Of a stretch of DNA of 64,000 nucleotides, positions 11,921 through 23,842 are shown piece after piece (position 1 is the first letter of the stretch; each line of letters opens with the position of its first letter). The translations under genes and the position numbers were made by a program. A model generated the notes under the pieces. The model was not told the origin of the DNA. It was given only the letters and a program-made list of their open reading frames with translations, and searched no databases. Location of the stretch: positions 64,001 to 128,000 of the forward strand of contig CAVQBA010000005.1 in the NCBI GenBank assembly GCA_963710605.1. Reading direction: 5' to 3'. The stretch is from an uncultured cyanobacterium. GTDB lineage: Bacteria; Cyanobacteriota; Cyanobacteriia; Cyanobacteriales; Cyanobacteriaceae.

Positions 11921-12316
11921 TTATTAATTTGCTGGTTGTCAGATAATTATGCTTAACTAAATTATTTACAGAAGTAAAACTTGAGCCAATGCTAATGAAA
12001 AACTAAATCCAAATAAAGATTCAAATAGTTGTCCTTTTTCAATTAAATAATCATCTTAATCTAACCAAAATGCCAGAAAGTAATTCTGTTTTATTCCTCA
12101 AAACAAGAAAATGTTTAATCTCAATGGGTTTTGAATCTAAGTGAAACATTTTTTCTCAACTGATAAATAGCTTCAAATCTACACATCATCATCAGCAATT
12201 TTAAATAAGTTAGCACTAAAAAACAAAATTTAATAACTTAACTAGTCGATCAAAAAAGATAATTAAACTATTATTACGAGTAAATCAATATTATTAATCA
12301 TAATATTTTCAACGAT

Positions 12317-12859
12317 ATGGTAGATAATCAACAATATTCAGATTCAGACAATAACTTGAGTGGTTCTTTAAATATAGAACAACAAGTAACAGAAGAAGTT
12401 CAAGCACCAGAAGGTGAGTTGCATCTTCGCTTTGTTTTACCTTCAGGAGATGAGTTTGCTTTACCTGCATTCGGTATCAGGGAAGTAATGCAACAAGAAG
12501 CTGACCGAATTACATCTGTACCTAATGCGTCACCTTTATTATTAGGAACAATTAATCTAAGGGGAGAAATTATTTGGGTAGCAGATTTAGGGCAATTTTT
12601 AGGCTACCCTAATATGTTAAATACCGATCGTGCTGAAATACCCGTAATTGCTGTAGAAGAACAAGAAACTATTTTAGGATTAGCGGTAGAACAGCTAGGA
12701 GCGATCGAATGGATTAACCTAGAGACAGTACAATTAGCTCGTAATGCTCCTGATCATGTAGCTCCTTATATTCAAGGAGAATGGATTGATGAAAATAGTA
12801 GTTATGTCCGATTATTAGACCAAATTGCTATTTTAAGGTCTGCTCGTTGGGTAGCATAA
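12317..12859 (+). CDS. CheW-like coupling protein (PilI-type)
   Basis: APEGELHLRF, VPNASPLLLGTINLRGEIIWVADLGQFLG. Confidence 0.9.
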   Translation: MVDNQQYSDSDNNLSGSLNIEQQVTEEVQAPEGELHLRFVLPSGDEFALPAFGIREVMQQEADRITSVPNASPLLLGTINLRGEIIWVADLGQFLGYPNMLNTDRAEIPVIAVEEQETILGLAVEQLGAIEWINLETVQLARNAPDHVAPYIQGEWIDENSSYVRLLDQIAILRSARWVA

Positions 12860-12915
12860 AATATATTAATTATTATGATAAAAAACTACAATTAGTTAGA
12901 AAAATAGAGGACAAA

Positions 12916-15705
12916 ATGGTATTAGAAAATGATTATGACGACAAATTTCAATTAGCTAGATCGGCTTATTTAGAAGAAGATTTAGAGCAAGCGGCTGATA
13001 TAATTGATGAAATGACACAACAGTACCCTGATGATCCTAGCGTATTGTTATTAAAAGGACATATTCATTCAAAACATCAAGAATACGATCTAGCTACAAC
13101 ACAATATCAAAAAGTACTGAATCTAACTGAACAAGAAGATCTAACAAAATTAGCAGTAGAAGCCCTCAAGCAAATTGAAAATGTAGTTCCAAACTATTCA
13201 GAAGAAATAAATGAGAATAATGATAGTGATAATGACTATGATAGTGAACTTTTTTCTTTAGATGAGATAGAAGAGCCAGATTTTCAAGATGACATAGAAG
13301 AATTAGAAGATGAAGAATCTAACGATGGCTGGACTGAAAGTATTCAATTTGAGAATATAGAATGGGATGCCGAAGACTTAGAAGAAGAAGAGCTAGAAGA
13401 TCCTACCCTACAACAAAATACACCTTTAAGTAATAATTACGATCGACAACCTTCATCCGCTCAAATTGAAACTGAAGATGCCGAAGAAAATGATACTGCT
13501 GTCAATATTTTACCGATAACGGCAACCAATGATGAGCAATTACAAATCAATGAAGATGAAGCAATTGACGATATTTTTGTCGAATTAGATCCCACTGATT
13601 TTAATTATGATCAAATAAATAATCAACCAGATGATTTTTCGACTGATGATATTGAAGATAATAGTGCACCTACATTTGTAGTTTCTTCTGAAGAACCAGA
13701 ACTTAGAGACTTAGAAGAAATACTTGGGGCAGATAATAACAATAGGTTTTCTGATTTAGATGATGACCCCGCAGACTATAGTTCAGAATTAAGACCGTTA
13801 GATTACAACACAGATAATTTTACACAAGAATCTGATCCTGTTTATCAAAACCAACAAAATCAGGATCAAGAAAATGATCAACCGTTAGTTTTAGATGGAG
13901 AAGATGATTTTTTCTTCGCTCCAGATGAGTTAGACGATATTCCTGATATTGATGCGGAAGAATTACCTGTCTCGAGTATTTTTACTAAAGATAGCCAAGA
14001 AAAGAAAAACTTTAGCAATGGCAATCTAGAGCAAACTAATAAGACTCTTAGTGAGCAAGAAAATGTTTTTGATAATGATTTCGATAATGAAATAACGGGT
14101 AGTTTTACTTTTGACACTCAAAAAATAAATCTTGATTTAGACGAGGACATTAGCTCATCTTCATCTTTCTCTCAAATTTCAGGATTAGGCACAGGTTTAC
14201 AAATAAATCCCGAAGTAGATATAAACCAGGGTAAACTCGCTAATTATTTTAATTTATCTCTATTTAATAAACAGTTAGTTAATGGAGGTATAACAGCGAT
14301 CGTTACGTTTTTAGTTGTTTTGATTGTTAGTTTATTTCAAAATGCAAATAACAATACCGTAGTAGAAGAAGTTACAACCGAAACCGAGGCTGTAGAAGAA
14401 GTAGTACCAACTACAGATTACAGCTCTTTAGGAGAAAATTTGATTTTAGCTTTACTTGCTAGTTTAGCTAGTGGTGGAACAGTACTTGCTTTAGGTTTAC
14501 TAATGAATAGACATATCAAACGTTATATCAACGAATTACGAAATCAGTTTGAATCTATTTATCAAGGTAATTATGAAGTAAAAGTAAATATTTACTCTCA
14601 AGACGAATTAGGAACTTTAGGGGCAGGATTTAATCAAATGGCGAAGATGATTAATACCACCACCACAGAAGCTCGTAAACGGGCAGAAGAAACAGAAAGA
14701 GCTAGAGAAGACTTACAACGTCAGGTAATTCGTCTCCTAGATGATGTAGAAGGAGCGGCTAGAGGAGATTTAACCGTCCAAGCAGAGGTAACCGCTGACG
14801 TATTAGGAGCTGTAGCAGATGCCTTTAATTTAACTATCACTAATCTGCGTAAAATTGTTAAACAAGTACAACAAGCGGCGATACAAGTAAACAAAGCGAG
14901 TGCGGATAGTGAAGTTTTTGCTCGTAATCAATCTAGTGATGCGTTGAGAATGGCAGAGGAATTAGCCGTAACTCTTAACTCGGTACAAATGATGACTGAT
15001 TCAATTCAACGGGTAGCCGAAAATGCTCAAGAAGCGGAGGAAGTTGCTCGATCGTCTAGTGTTACTGCTCTTAAAGGTGGTGATGCGGTAGAAAGAACGG
15101 TGTCAGGTATTTTACAAATTAGAGAAACGGTTTCTGAAACTACTCGTAAGGTAAAACGTTTAGCTGAAGCATCTCAACAAATTTCGACGATCGTTGCTGT
15201 TATTTCCCAAATTTCTTCTCGAACCAACCTTCTGGCTTTAAATGCTTCTATTCAAGCGGCTAGGGCAGGAGATGCCGGTCGTGGATTTGCGATCGTTGCT
15301 GATGAAGTCCGTCAGTTAGCCGATCGTTCAGCTAAATCATTACAAGAAATTGAACAAATCGTTTTACAAATTCAAACAGAAACAGGCTCGGTTATGACGG
15401 CGATGGAAGAAGGTATCCAACAGGTGAGAGATGTAACCGAACGTTCCGAACAAGCAAAACGATCGCTAGAAGATATTATTCAAGTATCTAATCGTATTGA
15501 CGCTCTAGTACGTTCAATTACCGCTGATACCGACGAACAAAGAGAAAACTCTCGTGGTGTAGCTAAAGTAATGCAGGCAGTAGAATTAACCGCTCAAGCA
15601 ACATCTCAAGAATCACAACGAGTAGCTGGTTCGTTACAAAACTTAGTGGGAATTGGTAAAGATTTGATCTCTTCGGTAGAACGTTTTAAAGTTGATGATC
15701 ATTAG
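12916..15705 (+). CDS. pilJ: Methyl-accepting chemotaxis protein (PilJ-type): TPR, long acidic region, 2 TM, HAMP, MA domain
   Basis: RTNLLALNASIQAARAGDAGRGFAIVADEVRQLA; HAMP DELGTLGAGFNQM. ATG 12916 has GAGG upstream. Confidence 0.88.
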   Translation: MVLENDYDDKFQLARSAYLEEDLEQAADIIDEMTQQYPDDPSVLLLKGHIHSKHQEYDLATTQYQKVLNLTEQEDLTKLAVEALKQIENVVPNYSEEINENNDSDNDYDSELFSLDEIEEPDFQDDIEELEDEESNDGWTESIQFENIEWDAEDLEEEELEDPTLQQNTPLSNNYDRQPSSAQIETEDAEENDTAVNILPITATNDEQLQINEDEAIDDIFVELDPTDFNYDQINNQPDDFSTDDIEDNSAPTFVVSSEEPELRDLEEILGADNNNRFSDLDDDPADYSSELRPLDYNTDNFTQESDPVYQNQQNQDQENDQPLVLDGEDDFFFAPDELDDIPDIDAEELPVSSIFTKDSQEKKNFSNGNLEQTNKTLSEQENVFDNDFDNEITGSFTFDTQKINLDLDEDISSSSSFSQISGLGTGLQINPEVDINQGKLANYFNLSLFNKQLVNGGITAIVTFLVVLIVSLFQNANNNTVVEEVTTETEAVEEVVPTTDYSSLGENLILALLASLASGGTVLALGLLMNRHIKRYINELRNQFESIYQGNYEVKVNIYSQDELGTLGAGFNQMAKMINTTTTEARKRAEETERAREDLQRQVIRLLDDVEGAARGDLTVQAEVTADVLGAVADAFNLTITNLRKIVKQVQQAAIQVNKASADSEVFARNQSSDALRMAEELAVTLNSVQMMTDSIQRVAENAQEAEEVARSSSVTALKGGDAVERTVSGILQIRETVSETTRKVKRLAEASQQISTIVAVISQISSRTNLLALNASIQAARAGDAGRGFAIVADEVRQLADRSAKSLQEIEQIVLQIQTETGSVMTAMEEGIQQVRDVTERSEQAKRSLEDIIQVSNRIDALVRSITADTDEQRENSRGVAKVMQAVELTAQATSQESQRVAGSLQNLVGIGKDLISSVERFKVDDH

Positions 15706-15788
15706 TATTAAATAGCAAAGAGCAAAGATAAGATGAAGGATGAAATATTAATCATCAATTCTCAGTTGATAAATGGCGTTAGTTCATA

Positions 15789-16573
15789 ATGAATAAATTA
15801 TATAAACAATTTTCGACCTTATTTGAACGTTTATCAGCTGGAATTTTTTTAACTGGGCAAATTATAGTTCACATTCTACAAGCTAAAATTTATCGCCTTA
15901 ATACTATCCAACAAATGATATTTGTGGGCCAGCCTCAATCGCCATCGCTATCATCACAGCCGCTTTTGTCGGAATGGTTTTTACGATTCAAGTAGCTAGA
16001 GAATTTATCTATTTTGGAGCAACTACAGCAGTAGGGGGTGTTTTAGCGATCGCTTTAACTCGTGAGCTTGCTCCTGTTTTAACCGCAGTTGTTTTAGCAG
16101 GAAGAGTCGGTAGTGCCTTCGCCGCAGAGCTTGGTACAATGAAAGTCACAGAACAAATTGATGCTCTTTATATCCTCAAAACTGATCCGATTGACTATTT
16201 AGTTATACCCAGAGTCTTAGCTTGTTGTTTTATGTTACCTGTATTAACGATCATTTCTTTGTTAGTTGGTATCACCGCAGGCTTAGTGATTGCTGATTCA
16301 CTTTACGACATTTCCACAACTATTTTTCTCGAATCGATACGTAACTTTTTAAAGGTATGGGATATCTTCGCTTGTGTGATAAAATCAATGATTTTTGGTG
16401 GCGTTATTGCTATTATTGGTTGTAATTGGGGTTTAACTACTACTGGTGGGGCAAAAGGAGTCGGTAAATCTTCTACCGCCGCCGTTGTAATCTCTTTGAT
16501 TGCTATTTTCATCCTGAATTTTATTCTCTCTTTACTTATGTTTCAGGGTACAGGTGGCGGTGTGATTGGGTAA
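15789..16573 (+). CDS. mlaE: MlaE/Ycf63 lipid ABC transporter permease, one-base frameshift near 15926-15930
   Basis: Adding one C restores VGPASIAIAIITAAFVGMVFTIQ; RELAPVLTA, GSAFAAELGTMKVTEQIDAL. Confidence 0.9.
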
Positions 16574-16641
16574 TGAGTAATGAGTAATAAGTAAGGAGTA
16601 ATGAGTATTAATTGCTAATTACTAATTGCTAATCCCTAATC
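16571..16641. repeat. Heptamer tandem repeats (STRR-like)
   Basis: TAATGAG repeated, then CTAATT(G/A) units. Confidence 0.6.
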
Positions 16642-16729
16642 CCTCATCTGTTCACTGTAATTGTTGAGTTTTGTAAATTTCAGTTACAATAGCCTATAGT
16701 TTAGGCATTTTTTTACTTTCGTTGTATAT

Positions 16730-17959
16730 ATGATTAATAATTCATTACTGATAGCTAGTGCGATCGCACTTTTATCTGTTATCTGGGTAGAAATAGTGAG
16801 AGATACTTATCATCTTGTCTCTCATTTATGGCAGCCATTATATCGATTACATTCTTGGCATCATCGTATTTTTAAACCTGATTTGTCAGTTAAAAACGAA
16901 ACTATTTATCGTCAAGCAAATTGGTATAATGACTTACCTGAATCTTTAGTCATGTTACTTTTTAGTTTTGCTTATGTCTTTTTTATCTTTTCTCAAGGTT
17001 GGGTAATACCAGAATATCAATGGTTAGTGTGGGCAGGCTCTTTTTATACATTAGCATTTAGTTTAGGAGCGATCGCTCGTGGAGTCGGATTTCCTTACGC
17101 TGATGCGATTACCGATGTTACTCATCGTCAAGGAGAATTTGCGGATATTCCGGCTAACTTTTTGGTTAATCGTACTTACCATTGGCGACATCATTTTGAC
17201 GATCAAGATGCTTATTTTTGCGGTACATTAAGTTTAGTCGATCGAATTCTAGGTACTGCTTTGTCTTTAAAAGGAAAAAAAATTGCCGTTACCGGTGCAA
17301 GTGGTACATTAGGGCAAGCTTTAATCAAACAACTACACAGAAAAGGGGCAAAAGTTACTGCCTTAACTTCTCGCACCGAACCATTATCAATTAATGTTGA
17401 TGGTAAACAAATCGAGATTAATACTGTTACATGGCAAACAGGGCAAGAATCTTTATTAAAAGATATTTTTGCGAAAACTGATATTTTGATTATTAATCAT
17501 GGTATTAATGTTCACGGACAAAAAACAGCCGAAGCGATTGAAAAGTCGTATGAAATCAATACATTTTCTGGTTGGCGTTTACTTGAATTATTCCTGACAA
17601 CAGTTAAGACAAATAAAGAAAAAGCGACTAAAGAAATATGGGTAAATACCTCAGAAGCAGAAGTAAATCCAGCTTTTAGCCCACTTTACGAAATGAGTAA
17701 AAGAACAATGGGAGAGTTAGTTACCATGAAAAGAATTAATGCTCCTTGTATTATCAGAAAACTAATTTTAGGACCATTTAAAAGCGATTTAAACCCTGTT
17801 GGTGTTATGTCTGCTCAATGGGTAGCTAAACAAATAGTCAATTTAGCAGTTAGAGATTTTCGAGATATCATTGTTACTATTAATCCTTTAACTTATTTAC
17901 TTTTTCCTCCTAAAGAATTAATAACTAATATTTACTTCAAATTGTTTACTAAAGAATAA
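16730..17959 (+). CDS. Bifunctional sterol desaturase / short-chain dehydrogenase
   Basis: His boxes HSWHH and HWRHH; Rossmann motif VTGASGTLG; WVNTSEAEV...PLYEMSK. Confidence 0.88.
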   Translation: MINNSLLIASAIALLSVIWVEIVRDTYHLVSHLWQPLYRLHSWHHRIFKPDLSVKNETIYRQANWYNDLPESLVMLLFSFAYVFFIFSQGWVIPEYQWLVWAGSFYTLAFSLGAIARGVGFPYADAITDVTHRQGEFADIPANFLVNRTYHWRHHFDDQDAYFCGTLSLVDRILGTALSLKGKKIAVTGASGTLGQALIKQLHRKGAKVTALTSRTEPLSINVDGKQIEINTVTWQTGQESLLKDIFAKTDILIINHGINVHGQKTAEAIEKSYEINTFSGWRLLELFLTTVKTNKEKATKEIWVNTSEAEVNPAFSPLYEMSKRTMGELVTMKRINAPCIIRKLILGPFKSDLNPVGVMSAQWVAKQIVNLAVRDFRDIIVTINPLTYLLFPPKELITNIYFKLFTKE

Positions 17960-18185
17960 AAACCATATTTATAGAACTGGTTTTTGCCTCATAAATATTA
18001 TTGAAAAATACTAGTTTAATTAATAAACATATTATTAATTACTCTTTAATAAATAAGAAAATAGAAACATTATTAAAAGACGTTATTATTAGTTATTTTG
18101 TTGATTAATCCCTAAAATAATTCACGATCGAAAAAAAACAAGCTAAAGTAGAAGTATTAAGTTTTATAACGTAAGAGGTTAGTAA

Positions 18186-18995
18186 ATGCTAGAACTTTAT
18201 CAATTTGAATTATCTCCATTTGCCGAAAAAGTAAGATTAATTCTTGACTATAAAGGCTTACCATACAAAAAAGTAGAAGTTACCCCCGGTATTGGGCAAT
18301 TAGAACTTTACAAAATCTCTGGGCAAAGACAAGTGCCTGTTTTAAAAGACGGAGATGTCGTCATCGCTGATTCTACTCAAATTGCGATGTATTTAGACCA
18401 AAAATACCCAGAAAAGCCTTTGATGCCTATTGATGGGGCGGCAAAAGGGCAATGCCTTTTAATCGAAGAATGGGCTGATGAATCTTTTGCTACTAAAATA
18501 CGTAAATCTTTGATTGGTGGTTTGAATCAATATCAAAATTTCCGTACTTCCTTGTTACCAAATAATACACCAGATATCTTAAAGACTGTTGTTGGTGCTA
18601 TTCCTTCAGAATTATTAACTGCTGTTGGTACAGGTGTTGGTATGGGTAATAATATTTTTAAAGATGCCCAAAAAAACGTTAAAAAGGATTTAGATTCTTT
18701 AACTTTGATTTTACAAAGCCAACCTTATTTGACAGGTGATGAGCCAACTTTAGCTGACTTTACCGTTGCTTCTTTGACTACATTACTCAAATTTCCTATT
18801 ATTGCTTATTTTGATTTACCGATTGATTTAGAAGGTAAAGGTATTCCTGATATTGCTGATAATAGTGCCTATGAGTTTTTCTTTGCTTGGCGTGATCGTC
18901 TTTATGCTGAATATCGTCAACCTATCGATAAATCTATTGGTGGTAACTTTGGTGGCGGTAGTGACATTCCACCAACAACGATCGTAATTGAATAA
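18186..18995 (+). CDS. Glutathione S-transferase family protein
   Basis: LYQFELSPFAEKVR, GQRQVPVL, DSTQIAMYL, PTLADF. Confidence 0.92.
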   Translation: MLELYQFELSPFAEKVRLILDYKGLPYKKVEVTPGIGQLELYKISGQRQVPVLKDGDVVIADSTQIAMYLDQKYPEKPLMPIDGAAKGQCLLIEEWADESFATKIRKSLIGGLNQYQNFRTSLLPNNTPDILKTVVGAIPSELLTAVGTGVGMGNNIFKDAQKNVKKDLDSLTLILQSQPYLTGDEPTLADFTVASLTTLLKFPIIAYFDLPIDLEGKGIPDIADNSAYEFFFAWRDRLYAEYRQPIDKSIGGNFGGGSDIPPTTIVIE

Positions 18996-19327
18996 TTTAT
19001 TATACAATCATTAAATCTATTTTTAGTAATTTAACTACAATATTTATTACTATTATGATTTGTTTAGTAGAGATAGGGAATTCCTTGTCTCTGCTAATTA
19101 ATTTTGCCATAATCATTCATTTTATTCTTTCTTTTTCTCTTTTTCTCAACTAAACTCGAACGTACTATTGAGCTAAAAATGATCGACTATTTTACTTACT
19201 TTCAAAAAAACCTTATAAGTTACTCAATAATAAAGCCGAAAACTAGTTGATGTTTGACAGATATTGTGAACCCAAATTTTGGATTTAAAGAGTTTGTTTA
19301 TCTATCTCCCTCTCTCTTGTGCTCCAT

Positions 19328-19419
19328 CTTCCTCTCTTTTTCTCTGCGTACTCTGTCTTGAAAAGTTGTTCATGGGGGAGACCCCCAAGACCACACTTTT
19401 CGCTGCGTACTCTGCGGTT
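19328..19419 (+). repeat. CTCTGCGTACTC-type small repeat with a nested ~50-bp insert
   Basis: Same flanks without the insert at about 46746-46787. Confidence 0.65.
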
Positions 19420-19508
19420 AATTCTCTTCAAAATCCATAAATGTCTCAACCCGCTTATTAACTACTATATAATATATTTCACGTAATATTTATCATCTAA
19501 ATTGATAA

Positions 19509-20189
19509 TTAATTAGATGATATTTTGTTCTTCTTAAAAGAATCGGGTTTAATTAACCATACTCCTAAGTAGAAAAAAGGTGTATCGAAAAGGGCAAAAA
19601 ATAACTTAAATAAAAATCCGTTAATAAATAATGAAGGTAATTTATCGATCGTAATTACACCAAATAAACCGATAATTAATAATACTAAACCAGTATCAAT
19701 AATTTGTGATACTATAGTTGAGCCATTATTTCTTAACCATAAATACTTACCCTTCGTCAAATTTTTCCAAAAGTGAAATAAACGAATATCAATTAATTGA
19801 GCGGTTAAATAAGCAATCAACGAAGCAATTACCGCAGGAGTAAATGAACCAAAAACTTGATTAAAGGTAACTTGATCAACTGTTGACCATTCAGTAGCAG
19901 GTAAATAGTTAGCGATCGAGATTATAATCAAAATAACCAGACTACTCACAAAACCCGCAATTACTAATTGATTAGCTTTTCCTTCTCCATATATTTCTGA
20001 AATTAAATCAGTACATAAAAAAGTGATTGGATAAGGAATAATTCCTACTGATAGTTCTAAGTTTAGATTAAAAAAAGAAAAAGTAAAAAACTTTTGAAAA
20101 ATTAAATTAGAACAAATTAAACAAGCAATAAAAATGGAAACTAAAATTAAAAATATTTGTGATTCTTTCTTTTCTTCTTGTAAATTCAT
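19509..20189 (-). CDS. Queuosine precursor transporter (YhhQ/VUT family)
   Basis: YPITFLCTDLISEIYG, SLIAYLTAQLIDI, LWLRNNGSTIVSQIIDT, DTPF. Confidence 0.9.
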   Translation of the reverse strand: MNLQEEKKESQIFLILVSIFIACLICSNLIFQKFFTFSFFNLNLELSVGIIPYPITFLCTDLISEIYGEGKANQLVIAGFVSSLVILIIISIANYLPATEWSTVDQVTFNQVFGSFTPAVIASLIAYLTAQLIDIRLFHFWKNLTKGKYLWLRNNGSTIVSQIIDTGLVLLIIGLFGVITIDKLPSLFINGFLFKLFFALFDTPFFYLGVWLIKPDSFKKNKISSN

Positions 20190-20485
20190 CTTAAAAAGCG
20201 TTTTGTTAAATACAGTAATTAATAGTATTTTTTAGTTTTAGTTTAGTTATACAGAAAAATAATGAATAATTTACTAAATATTAAATAAGAACAAAGTTCG
20301 GCAAATGTTTTTGTAGATTGAGGATTTGATAGCGAGATTGCTGTGGTATTACAAATACGTGGTTTAATTGGTCATTATCTCATTAATCTTCTCAATCAAC
20401 GAGAACTTAAGTAAAAAGAAATAGCTAAATCAAATTAGATACTATTATTTACTATAGAACTGTATTTTATTGTTATTAAGTTATA

Positions 20486-21199
20486 TTATTTAGATTTATT
20501 TCTTATTTTAATTTGACGATAAAATTGAGCTAACTTATCATTAGGGATACCCAAATAATAACCACTAATCATCAATTGATTAATTAAGGTAGTTTTAAAT
20601 AAGCCTAATTTTTCCCAACGTCTAGCTGATGTAGTTACGGCTTCTGAAGTTAAATAAACTGTACCCTTTTTTTGCAATTTTTTAATTAAAGAAAAATCTT
20701 CCATAATCTTTAAATTATTAAAACCATTTACATTTTCAAATTGCTTTTTAGTGAGGAAAATAGCTTGATCTCCATAAGGTAAAGATAAAAATTGCGATCG
20801 AAATGTCACTAGTTTTTCTAACCAACGATAGATTGGTTTTTGACTATCAATTTGTAAACGAAACGCACCTGCTACAAAATCTTTTTTGCTAATTATTTTA
20901 GCTATTATTTGCGGAAAGTCTTCAGGTAAAAAAGTATCCCCATGTAAAAATAATAAGATATTTCCACGAGCTTCTTTTGCTCCTAAATTCATTTGATAAC
21001 TACGACAAAGTTTAGGAGAACAAATAACTTTTAAACCTAAATTTTCAATTATTTCCACTGTTTTATCGTTACTACCGCCATCAACAAAAATAATTTCTAC
21101 TGATGGATATTTAATCAATTTATCGATAGTTTGAGTAATAACTTTTTCTTCATTAATTACAGGAATAATAATAGAAATAGATTCTTTTTTAGTAATCAT
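20486..21199 (-). CDS. GT2 glycosyltransferase (TIGR04283-like)
   Basis: SIIIPVINEE, VDGGSND, QMNLGA, LFLHGDT, LPYGDQAIF, MED, TSARRW. Confidence 0.88.
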   Translation of the reverse strand: MITKKESISIIIPVINEEKVITQTIDKLIKYPSVEIIFVDGGSNDKTVEIIENLGLKVICSPKLCRSYQMNLGAKEARGNILLFLHGDTFLPEDFPQIIAKIISKKDFVAGAFRLQIDSQKPIYRWLEKLVTFRSQFLSLPYGDQAIFLTKKQFENVNGFNNLKIMEDFSLIKKLQKKGTVYLTSEAVTTSARRWEKLGLFKTTLINQLMISGYYLGIPNDKLAQFYRQIKIRNKSK

Positions 21200-21206
21200 A
21201 AAATTA

Positions 21207-21368
21207 TATAGCAATTATCACCATTATGAAGGACAAAAAGATCCCCACGTGGTCCCTAACCAACAAAAGCGAAGCATCCTTACTCCTCCCCCTTACGAAG
21301 GGGGATAAGAGGGGGATAGGGGACTTGAAAATAATTAATATACACTCATAATTATGGGAAACGCTATA
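21207..21368 (+). mobile_element. MITE with TATAGC...GCTATA ends, copy carrying nested inserts
   Basis: Left end TATAGCAATTATCACCATTA and right end TATGGGAAACGCTATA shared with 26063-26171 and 37038-37239. Confidence 0.8.
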
Positions 21369-21627
21369 GTCATTTTAATTAAGATTAAGACAGTAAGAAC
21401 AATACTAAACTAAAGTATTAAACCCGCCTTGAACTGTCGTGCAAGGCTAATATCCTGTTCGTTTAATAAATTAAACTTAAAGTTAGATGTAGTACTCGTG
21501 TCTTATTTTAAGTTAAAACAAATATACTAATTGATAAGATAGCATTATTTAATGATATTAGTACGTTTTGATCCCCTTAAAGTATTCTTAAAAAAGGAAC
21601 TTACAGAATAAAACTATTAACTATTAA

Positions 21628-23765
21628 CTATTTGACGATTTCGCCAAAATCAGCTAAAACACGGCTATTATTACGTAATAAACCTAATAAATTTAAGCGA
21701 TTGGTTTTGATTGCTTCATCTTCTGCCATGACTAAAACACTATTTTCACCATCAAAAAAGTTAGAGATAATCGGATTGATTTCTAATAGTGCATCGACTA
21801 AAAGTTGATAATTACGATCGTCTTTTGCTTTTTGAGTAATCGGTGCTAATTTTTGTAAAGCTTGATAAAGTGCTTCTTCAGCAGTCGAAGTAAACAAATC
21901 AGAATTAACTACTCTAAGGGGATTTAATTGTTGTTTATCTAAACTACCTTTATCGGCTAATTTAGTCGATCGATTTACTGTGGCATATATTTGTCCTAAC
22001 AATCCATTACTACGAATTGATTGTAAAAATAAAGCTCGATCACGAACATCAAGTAAATTAGTTAAAGCACGATTAATATATTCTTTATCGTTATTACTTC
22101 CTAAAACAGCATTGACTAAATCATAATCAATTTTTAACTCGTCTTGTAAAAGAGTATTAATTCGTTGTAAGAAAAAAGCTTGAATTATTTCTAACGGTGA
22201 AGATTTATCAGAATGAGAAGCAGTAAAATCTTGACACGATTGAGTTACCAATTCTTGTAGGTTGAGATTAAGATTTCCATGCCAAACAATATTGATGATA
22301 CCATTAGCCGCTCTTCTTAACGCAAAAGGATCACTAGAGCCAGTTGGCAACATACCTAAACCAATGATACCAACGATCGTATCAAGTCGATCGCTAATTC
22401 CCACAATTTGCCCATTAATTGTATCGGGCATAATATCTCCTGCATTTCTAGGTAGATAATGTTCAAAAATACCTTTAGCTACAGTAGCAGACTCACCACT
22501 AACTAGGGCATATTTTTCGCCCATAATTCCTTGCAAATTAGGAAACTCATACACCATTTGGGTAACTAAATCTGCTTTACACAAAGAAGCGGTGCTATCT
22601 ACTTCATTAGTTTGTGCTTCATCTAAATTTAATTGTTCGCAAATTTGCTGACTAATACTGATGATACGGTTAACTTTATCGTGAATTGAACCTAAATCTT
22701 CTTGAAAGGTAACATTTTCCAATTCAGGTAAATAAGTTTCTAAATGTTCATCACAATCAGCTTGATAGAAAAACTGAGCATCAGCTAATCTAGCTCTAAT
22801 TACTTTAGCATTACCCGTGGCGATAATCTCTGACTTGTCAGGATCGCCATTAGAAATAGTGATAAAGTAAGGCATCAGTTTGCCATCGTCGTCTCTAACA
22901 GGAAAATAACGCTGATGCTTAACCATTACCGTAGTAATTACTTCTGCGGGTAAGTTTAAATATTCGGCTTCAAATTTACCTAAAACAGCAGTCGGAAATT
23001 CAACTAAGTTAGTCACCTCAGTCAATAAATCAGGATAAATGTCTGCTTTACCACCAACTATATCTGCTAAATTTTTGATTTTATCTTTGATCAGATGACG
23101 ACGATTAGCAACATCAACTAAAATAAATGCTTTTTCTAACTCTAAAACATAATCATTAGCGTGGTTAATTTCAATGTCTTCTGGATGAAGGATGCGATGC
23201 CCACGACAAATACGATCGCTTTTTAAAACACTACTACCAGAGATTAACTCAAAAGGTAGTACTTCGTCTTCCCATAAAGAAATAATAGTCCGTATCGGAC
23301 GAGGAAAACGAACATCTCCATCACCCCACCGCATAAATCTTCTTCCTTCTAAACCATCAATCCATTGAGGTACTAATGAAGTTAAAATTTCACTTGTTTT
23401 CTGCCCTTTAATTTTTTTATCAACAAAAACAAACTCTCCTTTACTTGTTTCTTTAATTTGAAAATCATCAAGAGAAACACCTTGTTTACGAGCAAAACCT
23501 TCGGCGGCTTTAGTTGGTTTACCGTCTTTAAATGCAACCTTAATGGGTGGCCCTTTATTTCTTCTTCTCGATCGAGTTGCTGGTTTTCTAAACCTTCTAT
23601 GTATAATGCTAAACGTCTAGGCGTGCCATAAAACTTAATTTGATCAGGATGCAAAAACTGTTTGGCTAAATCTTCTCGCACACATTTTTGCCATTGAGAT
23701 ATAGCACTATCAATAAAATCAGCAGGTAGTTCTTCAGTACCAATTTCTAGAAGGAAGTTAGGCAT
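21628..23765 (-). CDS. glyS: Glycine-tRNA ligase beta subunit, one-base frameshift near 23551-23556
   Basis: [17 protein letters not shown]; adding one base restores [54 protein letters not shown]. Confidence 0.95.
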
Positions 23766-23842
23766 ATTATCGTTACATTTACAATCGTTTTCGTTTCTTT
23801 CTCATTATCAACTATTGCTAATCAATAATCAACAGTTAGAAT

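Noticed and set aside
20190-20485. preQ1 riboswitch upstream of the YhhQ transporter
   Set aside because: Only weak complementarity was seen and I could not match a preQ1 consensus; a covariance search is needed.
23545-23560. Programmed frameshift in glyS
   Set aside because: There is no recognisable slippery site with stimulator, and the same one-base-loss pattern occurs in unrelated genes.
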